Origin: an uncultured virus (IMG/VR IMGVR_UViG_3300028800_000075)
Lineage: Duplodnaviria > Heunggongvirae > Uroviricota > Caudoviricetes
Length of the DNA stretch: 64,000 bases
Reading direction: 5' to 3' (one strand)
Virus record (IMG/VR): IMGVR_UViG_3300028800_000075
In this document: positions 51,501 to 60,054 of the stretch, in pieces
How the letters are laid out: the number at the start of each line of letters is the position of its first letter
Position numbering within the stretch: the first letter of the stretch is position 1
Made by a program: the position numbers and the translations under genes
Notes under the pieces: model-generated
What the model saw: only the letters and a program-made list of their open reading frames with translations
What the model was told of the DNA's origin: nothing
The model's database searches: none

Positions 51501-52009
51501 GCGGCGACGACAATGACAATGAGTCATTCGCATTGAAGTTGGGTGACAGCGATGATAGCAAACCCATCAAGCCCAAGTCGCAGCTCCAAAAGGCCCTCTA
51601 TAACAACAGTCGCCACCGCAACCACGGTGCCAGCAAGACGCACATGCCTGACTTTCAGAAGATGACGTCGAATGACAATCCCGCGATGGAAGATCCCTAC
51701 GACAATGATTGGTTGAAGTCAGTCGTGACGAATCCATTCGCTGAGGGTAGTTCGCCTCCCATCGGGCGCCGGACGAGACTGTCTGCTGACATTATGTCAA
51801 CAATGAGGAGAATGACAGCTAAGTTCACTGCCGATGGTGAGGTTACTCGAGCTACGTTGAATGAGGGCCGTGATGTGCAGGATGAGATCGATGGAGGAGG
51901 TCAATCCATGTTCGATCTTGACATTGATGCTGACGTTACGCCGAGTCGCGGTCAGCTCAACGAGAGCGCAGTACTTATTGGTGATCCCACCGGGGAGGAC
52001 GACGAATGA
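48566..52009 (+). CDS. Portal protein (T4 gp20-like) with intein and acidic C-terminal tail
   Basis: PEIAAAMDIYADE, KYGD, LIEDAMLVYR..RAPERRVFYID, EEDFFIP, ALKIP. Confidence 0.95.
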   Translation: MAKREPRSLFRRLSRLFKSGPVVKRKIRALDTSIAVADKTKSSGTLLFQKSLSPTYATITSNAYNLSERLMRYQDFQEMEYSVDGATLIAQPDGFKTIAELAAECEADPNKTFIVYSYDHEQKRIVPAWGKQARQTCVDHAWKVTFDNGKSLTLSPEHRLMLRDGTYRKTEDLQPGDAMMPFYRKDLFANAEEGTKGYSWVYTMDGRFRGWTKEHQLVSEWVAGRELTEDECVHHINFVKTDNRPENLRIMTKSDHSSYHAALNNGVKWAPENQEWIERFKKQHAEWMRNNAPSRRNDVTFSRIIQIAEKVGFDITKVSRALNVTTFLVHERLTANGFPTFEAFTAAYGHGIPEVVIHQASKLTRELSLDTIKHLIVEADTKRSMAVKLGCTVNVLDKFLNRRINRTWNDVRKECGLTTYKQIRQGGRPKGSNGSDLTFKQICDAFEPGLTLPRLTEKLGVNKNTIISRLAQNGFKKFSEFGASYQNCKVVSVEYVGIIPLYDLTVDGYKNFATDSVISHNTPEIAAAMDIYADETVAADEKGMCLHVYSDNEKIKELLEDLFYNVLNIEFNLRSWARNLCKYGDFFLYNDVSPEYGVVNAFPIPVNEVEREENYDREDPFAVRYRWVTLGNRTLENWEVTHFRLLGNDMFLPYGSSIIEPARRIWRQLILIEDAMLVYRVVRAPERRVFYIDVANVPATEVNNYIEQQRQQMRTTPVVDNQTGRVDLRYNPMSVEEDFFIPVRGGESGTKIDTLAGGVNTAAVEDVAYIQKKLFAALKIPRAYLGYDEMLSSKATLAQEDIRFSRTISVIQKTMMAELNKLAIIHLYAHGFDNEDLQNFTLRLSNPSTVAQQQKLELWRAKFEIAGSAPEGMASKKFIRKEIWGLNDEQMEAIDEERLAEKKIDDAIEAGEGADDGGGGGAGGGGGDDDLFGDAGAGGGDEGGGAEEAGGGEEKAPPEENAGEEPEEEVEPGAQLLTSGDDNDNESFALKLGDSDDSKPIKPKSQLQKALYNNSRHRNHGASKTHMPDFQKMTSNDNPAMEDPYDNDWLKSVVTNPFAEGSSPPIGRRTRLSADIMSTMRRMTAKFTADGEVTRATLNEGRDVQDEIDGGGQSMFDLDIDADVTPSRGQLNESAVLIGDPTGEDDE
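48809..50128 (+). mobile_element. Intein (440 aa) with HNH endonuclease in portal
   Basis: EMEY|SVDGAT...SPEHRLM...VHHINFVKTDNRPENL...LYDLTV..NFA..ISHN|TPEI. Confidence 0.9.
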
Positions 52010-52872
52010 AGCCTAGGTCAAATTCACACAACAAACGCCGAAATACCGGGCTCCTCTACGAGTTTTTGGTCTACAGCATCTCGCGTGCGTTGGTTGAGAA
52101 CAACACCAAACGCTCGAACGTGGCACTCAAGGTGATTCGTCGGCACTTTAAGCCGGGCTGTGAGCTGTACCGAGAATTTCGTCTCATCAACTCTCTGCTC
52201 AGGACGACGGTGTCGAGCGAGGCCATTGCCGCGTCGATCATTCAAGAAGCCAAGCTTGCAGCTCGTTCGCACGATGTTGCAAAGCTCGATCGTGAAAAGT
52301 CCGTATTGATCAACACCATCAATCGCGCGATCAACGATAGCGACTTCTACGATCACCAGGTCAATGAGTACAAGATGTATGCAACGGTACAGACGCTGTT
52401 GAACGACTGGCGTGTTGCCGACAGTGACCTAGGTAGGGTCGCTCAGTATGAGGATCAATTGTTGAAGTGGTTGGTGACTGAGAAGGCAACGCCCGTCGAC
52501 ACCGTGGTCTCAGATGACAGTCCCGGGCACAGTCGATTGTTGATGAAGATGATGATGAAGCGCCTCAATGAGAAGTACGCTCACGCGCTCAGCGATACTC
52601 AAAAGCAACTGCTCCGTGCCTACGCCTTCTCGACGGCCAACGACGATCCTGCCTCAATCAAGCTCAAACTTCAGGAAGTCCGCCAGGGACTGGTCATGGA
52701 GATTGAGCTCTATCAACGCAATAATCCAGACGACGTTCACATCAACAAGAAGCTCGAAGAAGTCTACAATCACCTCGCGGGTGAGACGTTCGACGTGGTT
52801 GATGATGATGCGGTGACGCGGTTCATGCTGTACACCAAGCTCAGCACTGAACTCACTTCGGAGGGAACATGA
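52006..52872 (+). CDS. Hypothetical head-module protein
   Basis: HNKRRNTGLLYEFL N-terminus; between portal and protease with ATGA overlaps. Confidence 0.8.
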   Translation: MKPRSNSHNKRRNTGLLYEFLVYSISRALVENNTKRSNVALKVIRRHFKPGCELYREFRLINSLLRTTVSSEAIAASIIQEAKLAARSHDVAKLDREKSVLINTINRAINDSDFYDHQVNEYKMYATVQTLLNDWRVADSDLGRVAQYEDQLLKWLVTEKATPVDTVVSDDSPGHSRLLMKMMMKRLNEKYAHALSDTQKQLLRAYAFSTANDDPASIKLKLQEVRQGLVMEIELYQRNNPDDVHINKKLEEVYNHLAGETFDVVDDDAVTRFMLYTKLSTELTSEGT

Positions 52873-53543
52873 CTAATACAGCCAACTTGAGGCGCCTTGA
52901 GAGTTACGACGTCTTTGACTATAAAGTAGTCACTGAAGACGTACCGGCTCGGATCACTGAGGACACCAAGGGCAACAAGGTCGAAGTGCCGGCGACCAAG
53001 AAGATCATGATGAAGGGTATCCTGCAGAAGGCAGACACTCTCAACCAGAACGGCAGGATTTACCCGCTCGCGATTCTCGATCGTGAGTGCCGCAACTATC
53101 AGAAGTTCATTCTCGAGAACCGTGCCACCGGTGAGCTCGATCACCCCGACAGCTCCGTCATCAACTTGAAGAACGTTTCGCACATCGTGCGCGAGGCCTA
53201 CATCGAGAACGGCACTGTCTTGGGCACCATTGAAGTCCTTGACAAAACGCCGTCGGGCGCCATTCTCAAAGGGTTGGTGGATTCAGGCGTCAAGATCGGC
53301 ATCTCCAGCCGCGGCGTGGGTTCAACGCGGAAGCAGGGCGAGTACCAAGTCGTCCAGGACGATTTTCAGCTGATCTGCTGGGACGTTGTGAGCGAACCGT
53401 CAACGCCTCAAGCATTCATGATTCCCGAAGGAAAAGAGATCACGTCTGCCGAATTGAAGCAGCTCTTCAGCAAGTCAGATCGGATTGACCGCGTCTTGAA
53501 CGAGATTTTGTTGCGTGGCGTGCCAACCAAGGATGTGAGGTGA
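52869..53543 (+). CDS. Prohead core protease (T4 gp21-like)
   Basis: NQNGRIYP, GELDHP, VSH, GISSRGVGS, DVVSEPST. Confidence 0.95.
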   Translation: MTNTANLRRLESYDVFDYKVVTEDVPARITEDTKGNKVEVPATKKIMMKGILQKADTLNQNGRIYPLAILDRECRNYQKFILENRATGELDHPDSSVINLKNVSHIVREAYIENGTVLGTIEVLDKTPSGAILKGLVDSGVKIGISSRGVGSTRKQGEYQVVQDDFQLICWDVVSEPSTPQAFMIPEGKEITSAELKQLFSKSDRIDRVLNEILLRGVPTKDVR

Positions 53544-53546
53544 TCA

Positions 53547-53927
53547 GTGCCCCTAGGAACTCCCCCTGCCGGATTTAGTTTCTCGCCCGAGTACCAGTCG
53601 GCGGCTTTACCGTGGGTGACGTCATCGCTCGCGACGAGTGGTTCGGCAGAGATTGACTTTCCGTTCATCACCCGGTTCATTGCCATCACCAACTCGTCGA
53701 CTAGCTCGCTGTCGTTGGCCTTCAGTCTCAATGGCAGCAATGGTAACAACAAGATCCTCATCCCCGGCAACACCTACGTCAATCTGGAGTACCGCGTGGC
53801 CAGCGTGTGGATCAGGGCTGAGGCGTCGGGTTCTCTACAGTACAGCATTGCCGCCGGTCTGACGACGATCCCCGCCAACAGCATGCCGTCGTTGTCAGGT
53901 AGCGCCGGGTGGTCCGGCGTGGGCTAA
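53547..53927 (+). CDS. Ser/Gly-rich putative virion protein
   Basis: EYQSAALPWVTSS, three SGS; head operon. Confidence 0.65.
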   Translation: MPLGTPPAGFSFSPEYQSAALPWVTSSLATSGSAEIDFPFITRFIAITNSSTSSLSLAFSLNGSNGNNKILIPGNTYVNLEYRVASVWIRAEASGSLQYSIAAGLTTIPANSMPSLSGSAGWSGVG

Positions 53928-54421
53928 TGCTTGACATCGTCAAGTACCCAAATTCTGCGCTCGCACAAGCTTGTCGTTCGGTCACCCAATTCGATGCCGC
54001 GTTGATCGCGTTCGTCGAACAGATGACCGAGGCGATGTACACCTTTCATGGAGTGGGGCTAGCAGCACCCCAAGTTGGTGTCACCGAGTGCATCACGTTA
54101 ATTGATCCATCAGCGGGTGATGCAACCAACCAATTGCAGGTGCTGATCAATCCAAGGGTCACCTGGCGGTCGCCTGAAGTAGAGATGGTAGAAGAAGGTT
54201 GTCTGTCGTTGCCTGGTGTGCGCCTGAAGGTCATGCGAGCACGTGCCATCGATGTTGAGTACTTTGATTTGGCAGGTGCTGCAAAGAACGTGCGGTTTGC
54301 GGGCCTGCCGTCACAGATTGTGCAGCACGAGGTCGATCACATCAATGGCATTACGGTGTTAGACCGGGTCCAGCCGTTAGCACGGACCATGGCCCTTAAG
54401 ATCCTACGTGGGAACAGGTGA
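53927..54421 (+). CDS. def: Peptide deformylase
   Basis: GVGLAAPQVG, EGCLS, QHEVDH. Confidence 0.95.
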   Translation: MLDIVKYPNSALAQACRSVTQFDAALIAFVEQMTEAMYTFHGVGLAAPQVGVTECITLIDPSAGDATNQLQVLINPRVTWRSPEVEMVEEGCLSLPGVRLKVMRARAIDVEYFDLAGAAKNVRFAGLPSQIVQHEVDHINGITVLDRVQPLARTMALKILRGNR

Positions 54422-54428
54422 ATTGAAC

Positions 54429-54890
54429 ATGGCGCTATCTAGGAGTGAATTGAAGTCGGTCATCAAAGAACTGTTGGTTGAGATCCTCAGCGAGGGCTTG
54501 GGTAATGTGCAATCGATTGCACCGGGTCCTCGTGCGGCAGCATCGCCCATCGGTGAAGCTCGCCGTCGTGTGGCTCCAACCAACGTCAAGCGTGCTTTTG
54601 ATCCGCGCCTTGATACTCCCCTACGTGGTCGGGCTCCGCAAGTGTCAGCGACAATGCAGGAGACGATCAAACGAGAGTCGGGGGGTAATCCGATCATGGC
54701 TGACATCTTTAAGGACACCGCGATGACGACGCTGCCGACGATGCAGGCGCACGGTGACACCGGAGCGTCCGCGGGCTCGGCACCGATGTTGCAAGAACAG
54801 TTCAATGGTAACCCTGAAGACGTCTTTGGTGAGGAGACGGCGGGTCGTTGGGCCAACTTGGCCTTCGCCGTCGTCAAGAAGCCAGCGTAA
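54429..54890 (+). CDS. Hypothetical protein with LKSVIKELLVE leader
   Basis: AGGTG RBS; C-terminal RWANLAF resembles scaffold RWATLAG. Confidence 0.75.
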   Translation: MALSRSELKSVIKELLVEILSEGLGNVQSIAPGPRAAASPIGEARRRVAPTNVKRAFDPRLDTPLRGRAPQVSATMQETIKRESGGNPIMADIFKDTAMTTLPTMQAHGDTGASAGSAPMLQEQFNGNPEDVFGEETAGRWANLAFAVVKKPA

Positions 54891-54904
54891 AATCATCGAT
54901 GGGC

Positions 54905-54911
54905 ATATTTA
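54905..54911 (+). promoter_or_regulatory. Putative late promoter motif ATATTTA
   Basis: Intergenic before 54939. Confidence 0.6.
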
Positions 54912-54938
54912 GCTGCATACCACGGAAAGGTGCTAGCA

Positions 54939-55211
54939 ATGAAGACGAACGTTAAGTCGGTCAAATTGACCCCTGCCCTGCTCAAGCGAATCATTGAGGA
55001 GGAAGTCGGCAAATTCGGTCCTCCGGAGGATGTCGAGAAGAAAGCTGACGACACCAAAGAGACCGACGCAGATGAGTTTGCCGATTCTCTCGACAAGCAC
55101 ATTGACTTCATGAAGGCGCTCAAGATTGAAGAAGGGCGCTTGGTCAAGCGACTGGCACGAGTGCAAGAAGCCCGCAAGCGCGCGCAAAAAGCTCTCATTG
55201 CTCGGGTCTGA
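54939..55211 (+). CDS. Small putative prohead-core protein with LKRIIEEE leader
   Basis: KLTPALLKRIIEEE, acidic middle, coiled-coil C-terminus. Confidence 0.75.
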   Translation: MKTNVKSVKLTPALLKRIIEEEVGKFGPPEDVEKKADDTKETDADEFADSLDKHIDFMKALKIEEGRLVKRLARVQEARKRAQKALIARV

Positions 55212-55231
55212 TCTGAGAAGAGGGTGATGTC

Positions 55232-55774
55232 ATGGGTGTGTTAGGAAGGTACACGAGTTACGTTGGCGGCGGTGCAGCCACGGTTGCACACGCGCTGCTC
55301 TCTAAGTTGTTTCCTGGTGGGCCCCTCGCCACGCAGGTTGCCAACGGTGATGAGAAGGGCGCGCAAGCGCTAGCACAGGCCTCGGCGACGGCCAAGGTTA
55401 CCAACGGCGTTGGGGGTCTTCAACCCACCGGTGGCGTGCAGGCCGGTGACCTCGGCATGTTCCCGTCGGGCGTTGACTTGTCGTTCAACTACAACATCGG
55501 CAATCCTCCCAACTCTTCACCCGACGTCAGCACCGTCAAGTGGACGAAGGCCGGCGACCCCGCCAACCCGTACACCCCTGACATCACTTCGCCTGGGCCG
55601 GGTCGCACAGACGGCGTTGACAAAGACGTCGATCCCAAGATTGCAGCGGCTGACATCAATCCTGCACCCAGCGTTGCTGATGTCCGTGATCCGACGACCG
55701 ATGGCCCGGCAGTTTCACAGAACAACACCATTGGCGTGCCACAGAAACTCGGTGATTCGGGCGGCAACGTCTGA
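55232..55774 (+). CDS. Gly/Pro-rich putative virion protein
   Basis: GAGGG RBS; head operon. Confidence 0.7.
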   Translation: MGVLGRYTSYVGGGAATVAHALLSKLFPGGPLATQVANGDEKGAQALAQASATAKVTNGVGGLQPTGGVQAGDLGMFPSGVDLSFNYNIGNPPNSSPDVSTVKWTKAGDPANPYTPDITSPGPGRTDGVDKDVDPKIAAADINPAPSVADVRDPTTDGPAVSQNNTIGVPQKLGDSGGNV

Positions 55775-55800
55775 TCTTGTGAATTTGTGCTGATCGTCCG

Positions 55801-55807
55801 ATACTTA
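55801..55807 (+). promoter_or_regulatory. Putative late promoter motif ATACTTA (scaffold gene)
   Basis: Intergenic, upstream of GGAG RBS. Confidence 0.65.
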
Positions 55808-55830
55808 CTCTCAAGGTTCGTGGAGAAAGC

Positions 55831-57927
55831 ATGAGCAAGCAATTGTTCGAAGAAGCACTGGCAGATGTCAAGCAGGTCAAACAAGTGGCCGAAGACAGTG
55901 CTAAGCGCGCGATCCTCGATGCTGTCACTCCTCGGATCCGTGACTTCATCGATCAGGCGCTGTTGCGCGAAGAGGCGATGCCGGGCATGCCCGGTTCGAA
56001 CCTTGAAATTCTCGATGATGGTGGTGATGAGTCGTTTGAGTTTGAAGCCCCCAAGGGAGCTCCTCCCGGCGAAATCACCGCGGCAATCACCCCGCCCGAT
56101 GCCGAAGGCAAGGTCACGCTTGACCTTGATGCCATCTGCAGTGGTGGCGACCTTGCATCAACGGGCCCCGGCGCGGTGGTGCCTCCTCCCATGTTCGGAG
56201 AGCCGGTGATTGAACCGACTGAAGAGTATGAGATCAGCCTAGAATCACTCAATGCACTGCAACCCTTGATCAAGGCCGCACGCACGGGGCGCAGCATCAT
56301 GCAACCCAAGGATGTGTCGGCCATCATCGGTCGCGTCGTCGAGCACGTGCAATTGTTGGGCAAGGCCAGCGGTAAGGTCAAGGCCACTAATTCATACGGC
56401 GTTCAAATCGCCCAGATGATTTCACACGTGGAAGATATGTATGACTACGTGCAAGAGTCGGTCACCGACGCTACAAGCAAAAACGCATACGAAACTACGC
56501 TCGAGACTACATTCAGTACGCTCACCAAACTTCAGGAGTCAACGACAATGTCGAAAAAGGCACAACACAAGGGTCAGATGAACGAAGCGGATCTTACGCT
56601 GAAACTGACTGGTCTGCCCGACGATGTCGAGGACAATCTTGATAGCGTGGGCGTCGATCTCATCACCGGTGAAGAAGACGGTGAAGAGGGCGCAGAAGGC
56701 CTCGAAGGCGGCGAAACTGACGATCTGGGCGACCTCGACCTAGACGGCGGACAAGGATCACAAGAGGGTGAGGACAATCAGATGGAGAATCGCAGGTTGA
56801 GCGACGACACGATCGTCGAGATCGATGAAAACATGCTCCGCCGCGAGATCGCTCGGATGCGCTCGCTCCGTGAGGAGACGAAACCGGCTTCGTGGGGCGA
56901 TGGCTCCGGCGACGCCAAAATCCTCAAGAACTTCGGTGGAGGCAAGGATGAGGGTGATCCTCTCGATCAGGACATCGTTGACCTGTCCCCGGCCAAGGGC
57001 TCTCGCCCGAAGGGTGATAACCCGCCCGCCAACCACAATCGCAACCTGAAGACCGAGCAGGACGATCAGGACATGGACGAGGGTCAGGACCAGATGGACG
57101 AGTCCGATGATCAGATGGACGAGTCCGATGATCAGATGGACGAGTCCGACGATGACGATCAGATGGACGAGGCAACTTACGAGCCCGATAACCATGACAT
57201 GTCTGTCGATGAGAGCGATGACCTCGATCAACTGCAGAATCGCCGCAAGGAAGACGAGTACGGCGCCGACGTGCAGGACGGTCATGCGACGGCCACGTGG
57301 GACAAGCGTCGCCACGAAGCGCTCCGCCGCCTCAACTTCGAGAAGAAGCTGCAGGAACGCGCTCAGTCACGTGCTTCGGCCCTCAAGAAGGAAGCCGCAC
57401 GTGCCAAGTCGGCCCGCAACAACAAGCGCCTCGCCGAAGTGCGCCAGGAGTATGCAACGGTTGCCAAGCGGTTCAACGAATCGCTCGCCCGTAGCACCAA
57501 GATGTCGAAGCTGGCGGCCATGGCCACCAAGAAGCTTCAAGAGGCTCGTCGCTCGAATAGCGCAGCCGCCCGGCCCACGGAGAGCAAGGCCGAAGTGATC
57601 CTCCGTAACAAGTTGGCAGAAACGAATCTGTTCAACGCGAAGCTTCTCTTCACCAACAAGCTCCTGCAGAACGACCAGCTGACGACCCGCCAAAAGGCGC
57701 AAGTCATCAAGCAGCTCGACGAGGCAGCGACGGTGCGAGAGGCCAAGCTCATCTACACGAGCCTTGCCAAGACCTTGGCGGGTTCAACGAAGTCGCTCAG
57801 CGAAGGCCAAGACCGTCAGGTGTTGGGTTCCGCAGGTAGGGTGACTCGCCCGGCATCTACGCCGACCCTCAATGAGGGCGTCGAGACCGAGCGATGGGCT
57901 ACGCTGGCCGGCATTACCAAGAGGTAA
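55831..57927 (+). CDS. Prohead scaffold/core protein (gp22-like role)
   Basis: Immediately upstream of MCP; acidic and coiled-coil; NLFNAKLLFTNKL, many L/M-x-E sites. Confidence 0.8.
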   Translation: MSKQLFEEALADVKQVKQVAEDSAKRAILDAVTPRIRDFIDQALLREEAMPGMPGSNLEILDDGGDESFEFEAPKGAPPGEITAAITPPDAEGKVTLDLDAICSGGDLASTGPGAVVPPPMFGEPVIEPTEEYEISLESLNALQPLIKAARTGRSIMQPKDVSAIIGRVVEHVQLLGKASGKVKATNSYGVQIAQMISHVEDMYDYVQESVTDATSKNAYETTLETTFSTLTKLQESTTMSKKAQHKGQMNEADLTLKLTGLPDDVEDNLDSVGVDLITGEEDGEEGAEGLEGGETDDLGDLDLDGGQGSQEGEDNQMENRRLSDDTIVEIDENMLRREIARMRSLREETKPASWGDGSGDAKILKNFGGGKDEGDPLDQDIVDLSPAKGSRPKGDNPPANHNRNLKTEQDDQDMDEGQDQMDESDDQMDESDDQMDESDDDDQMDEATYEPDNHDMSVDESDDLDQLQNRRKEDEYGADVQDGHATATWDKRRHEALRRLNFEKKLQERAQSRASALKKEAARAKSARNNKRLAEVRQEYATVAKRFNESLARSTKMSKLAAMATKKLQEARRSNSAAARPTESKAEVILRNKLAETNLFNAKLLFTNKLLQNDQLTTRQKAQVIKQLDEAATVREAKLIYTSLAKTLAGSTKSLSEGQDRQVLGSAGRVTRPASTPTLNEGVETERWATLAGITKR
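57091..57171 (+). repeat. In-frame 21-bp tandem repeat encoding QMDESDD
   Basis: CAGATGGACGAGTCCGATGAT x3 (third has one mismatch) plus a partial copy. Confidence 0.9.
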
Positions 57928-57990
57928 GTGACAGCGTCGCAGAACAACACGACTCGAACCAACTAGTTACAGATCACAGGAGACAATCAG

Positions 57991-59940
57991 ATGAAGTTCT
58001 TCAGCATGGAACAGCTTGCCGCCGGTATTAAAGACCGGCACGTCGGCGCCGAGCGCGCCCGACTGGTAGAGAAGTGGAGCCGCACCGGCCTGCTTCGTGG
58101 CCTCGATGGCCAGCGCCGAGAGATGATGGCGCAGCTCCTGGAGAACCAGGCAGCGCAGGTCCTCCGCGAGGTCGGTAACTCGATCTCGACGGGTGGCGGT
58201 AACATGTCCAACTCGGGACAGATCTCCGGCTTCACCAACATCGCCTTCCCGATCGTCCGCCGCGTCTTCGGTGGCCTCGTCGCCAATGAGCTGGTGTCGA
58301 TCCAGCCGATGAGCCTGCCGTCCGGCCTGATCTTCTACCTCGACTACACTTACGGCACCAACGTCGGTGGCGAGGGCACGTCGACGGCGGCGACCTACGC
58401 TTCCGGACAGTCGATCTATAACAACCCAACCGGCAAGGGTGTCCAGTCAGGATCGCTGGCGACGGGCGGCATGTACGACCTCGTCAACGTGGGCTTCAGC
58501 AAGGTGCACCAGTCGGCGTGGATCGGCGGCGCAGCTAGCCCCTACAACACCGGTTCTAGCGGCCAGGTCGGCGCGTGGAACAACCTCAACGGTACCTTCA
58601 TGCCGGGTGGCCTCATCTCGGCAATGTCGGGCGTCAATGGCCAGCTCTGCAACTTCGACCCGCAGCTCGATGTCGACATGCAGTCGGGCCTGCTCAACGC
58701 CGTCTTCCTGTACCTCAACGTTGCCGACATGCAGTCGAGCGTTGCGAACGGTGACTTCTTGGCCGTCGAACAGGTCGCGGTCTTCGCGCTCAGCGGTACT
58801 GTTGTCAACAACGGCCTCACCGCCTGGAGCCAATCGTACCAGTCGGGTAACGGCGTCCTCAACCTTCGCCGCCTCAACAAGCGCGGTAACCTCGCCAGCT
58901 CCAGCTTCACGCTGAACCCGCTGGCAGGCACCCAAGTCCAGTGCGTCCTCCAGACGCCGGCGTTCGGTAACACGTGGCAGGGTGCTTCGGCGGCTACCAC
59001 CGCCAACGGCGCGTTGCTTCGCTTCGATGCAGCGTCGAACGTTCGCTTCTCGATGACGATCGCAGACGGCCTGACGACTGACCGCAGCGGCGACGGCGCC
59101 ACGCTGGTCATCCCGTCGTTCGAGTCGGACTTCGGCGTCAACCCGTCGCCCGCCATCCCCGAGATTGACATCAAGATTGAGTCGATCTCCATCACCGCGA
59201 CGACCCGCAAGCTCCGTGCTCGCTGGTCTCCCGAGCTCGCACAGGACCTCAATGCGTACCACTCGATGGACGCTGAGGTTGAGTTGACGAGCATCCTGTC
59301 GGAGCAGATCGCTCTCGAAATTGACCGAGAGATCTTGAACGACCTCGTCACCGAAGCCAACGGCGCCAACATGTACTGGAGCCGTGCACCGGGCAAGTTC
59401 GTCAACAAGCTGACGGGCATCAACTCGACGCTGGCGACCAACTTGTCGATCGGGCCGCAGTTCACCGGCACCGTTCGCGAGTGGTACGAGACGCTGGTCG
59501 AGACCTGCATCGACTGCGCCAACACCATTCACCGCAAGACGCTCCGTGGCTCGGCCAACTTCATGGTCACCAGCCCCGACGTGTCGACCATCTTCGAGTC
59601 ATCGGTGCTCTACAAGCCGAAGTACTCGATCGACGGCGAAGGTCAAGTCGGATCGCCCTTCACCATCGGCGCGGAGGCCATTGGCACCCTGTCGAATCGC
59701 TTCACGGTGTACAAGGATCCCTACTTCCCCCGTAACCGCATCCTGATCGGCTACAAGGGCGGCAGCTACCTTGAGACCGGGTACGTGTACTCTCCGTACG
59801 TGCCCCTCATCGTGACGCCGACCATCTTCGCCCCCGAAGACTTCACACCGAGGAAAGGCGTAATGACGCGGTACGGTAAGAAGATGGTGCGCACCGACTT
59901 CTACGGCACCGTCACCGTGCTCGACATGAACATCATCTAA
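57991..59940 (+). CDS. Major capsid protein (T4 gp23-like)
   Basis: LLENQ, FPIVRRVF, VSIQPMSLPSGLIFY, RKLRARWS.ELAQDLNAYH, EIDREI, YSPYVP, GVMTRYG. Confidence 0.97.
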   Translation: MKFFSMEQLAAGIKDRHVGAERARLVEKWSRTGLLRGLDGQRREMMAQLLENQAAQVLREVGNSISTGGGNMSNSGQISGFTNIAFPIVRRVFGGLVANELVSIQPMSLPSGLIFYLDYTYGTNVGGEGTSTAATYASGQSIYNNPTGKGVQSGSLATGGMYDLVNVGFSKVHQSAWIGGAASPYNTGSSGQVGAWNNLNGTFMPGGLISAMSGVNGQLCNFDPQLDVDMQSGLLNAVFLYLNVADMQSSVANGDFLAVEQVAVFALSGTVVNNGLTAWSQSYQSGNGVLNLRRLNKRGNLASSSFTLNPLAGTQVQCVLQTPAFGNTWQGASAATTANGALLRFDAASNVRFSMTIADGLTTDRSGDGATLVIPSFESDFGVNPSPAIPEIDIKIESISITATTRKLRARWSPELAQDLNAYHSMDAEVELTSILSEQIALEIDREILNDLVTEANGANMYWSRAPGKFVNKLTGINSTLATNLSIGPQFTGTVREWYETLVETCIDCANTIHRKTLRGSANFMVTSPDVSTIFESSVLYKPKYSIDGEGQVGSPFTIGAEAIGTLSNRFTVYKDPYFPRNRILIGYKGGSYLETGYVYSPYVPLIVTPTIFAPEDFTPRKGVMTRYGKKMVRTDFYGTVTVLDMNII

Positions 59941-59942
59941 GT

Positions 59943-59962
59943 TCAATGATATCAACCACTTA
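59943..59962 (+). promoter_or_regulatory. IHF-consensus site (copy 2 of the 20-bp element)
   Basis: TCAATGATATCAACCACTTA, 19/20 identical to the inverted copy at 37344. Confidence 0.6.
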
Positions 59963-59981
59963 GGTGGTTGTAGATGAGGTT

Positions 59982-60009
59982 GAGAGGCTACTCGAAAGAG
60001 TGGCCTTTC
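59982..60009 (+). terminator. Hairpin/terminator after MCP
   Basis: GAGAGGCTACTC-GAAA-GAGTGGCCTTTC. Confidence 0.7.
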
Positions 60010-60054
60010 GCCGTTAAGCCTTTACAGGTATTCGCCAGAGGGATACTTATTGAC

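Noticed and set aside
57091..57171. Direct repeats as a possible CRISPR array
   Set aside because: In-frame tandem coding repeat without spacers; no cas genes
58447..59532. Long antisense ORFs over the MCP, and similar ones over other GC-rich genes
   Set aside because: Shadow ORFs from codon bias; no motifs, RBS or promoter support
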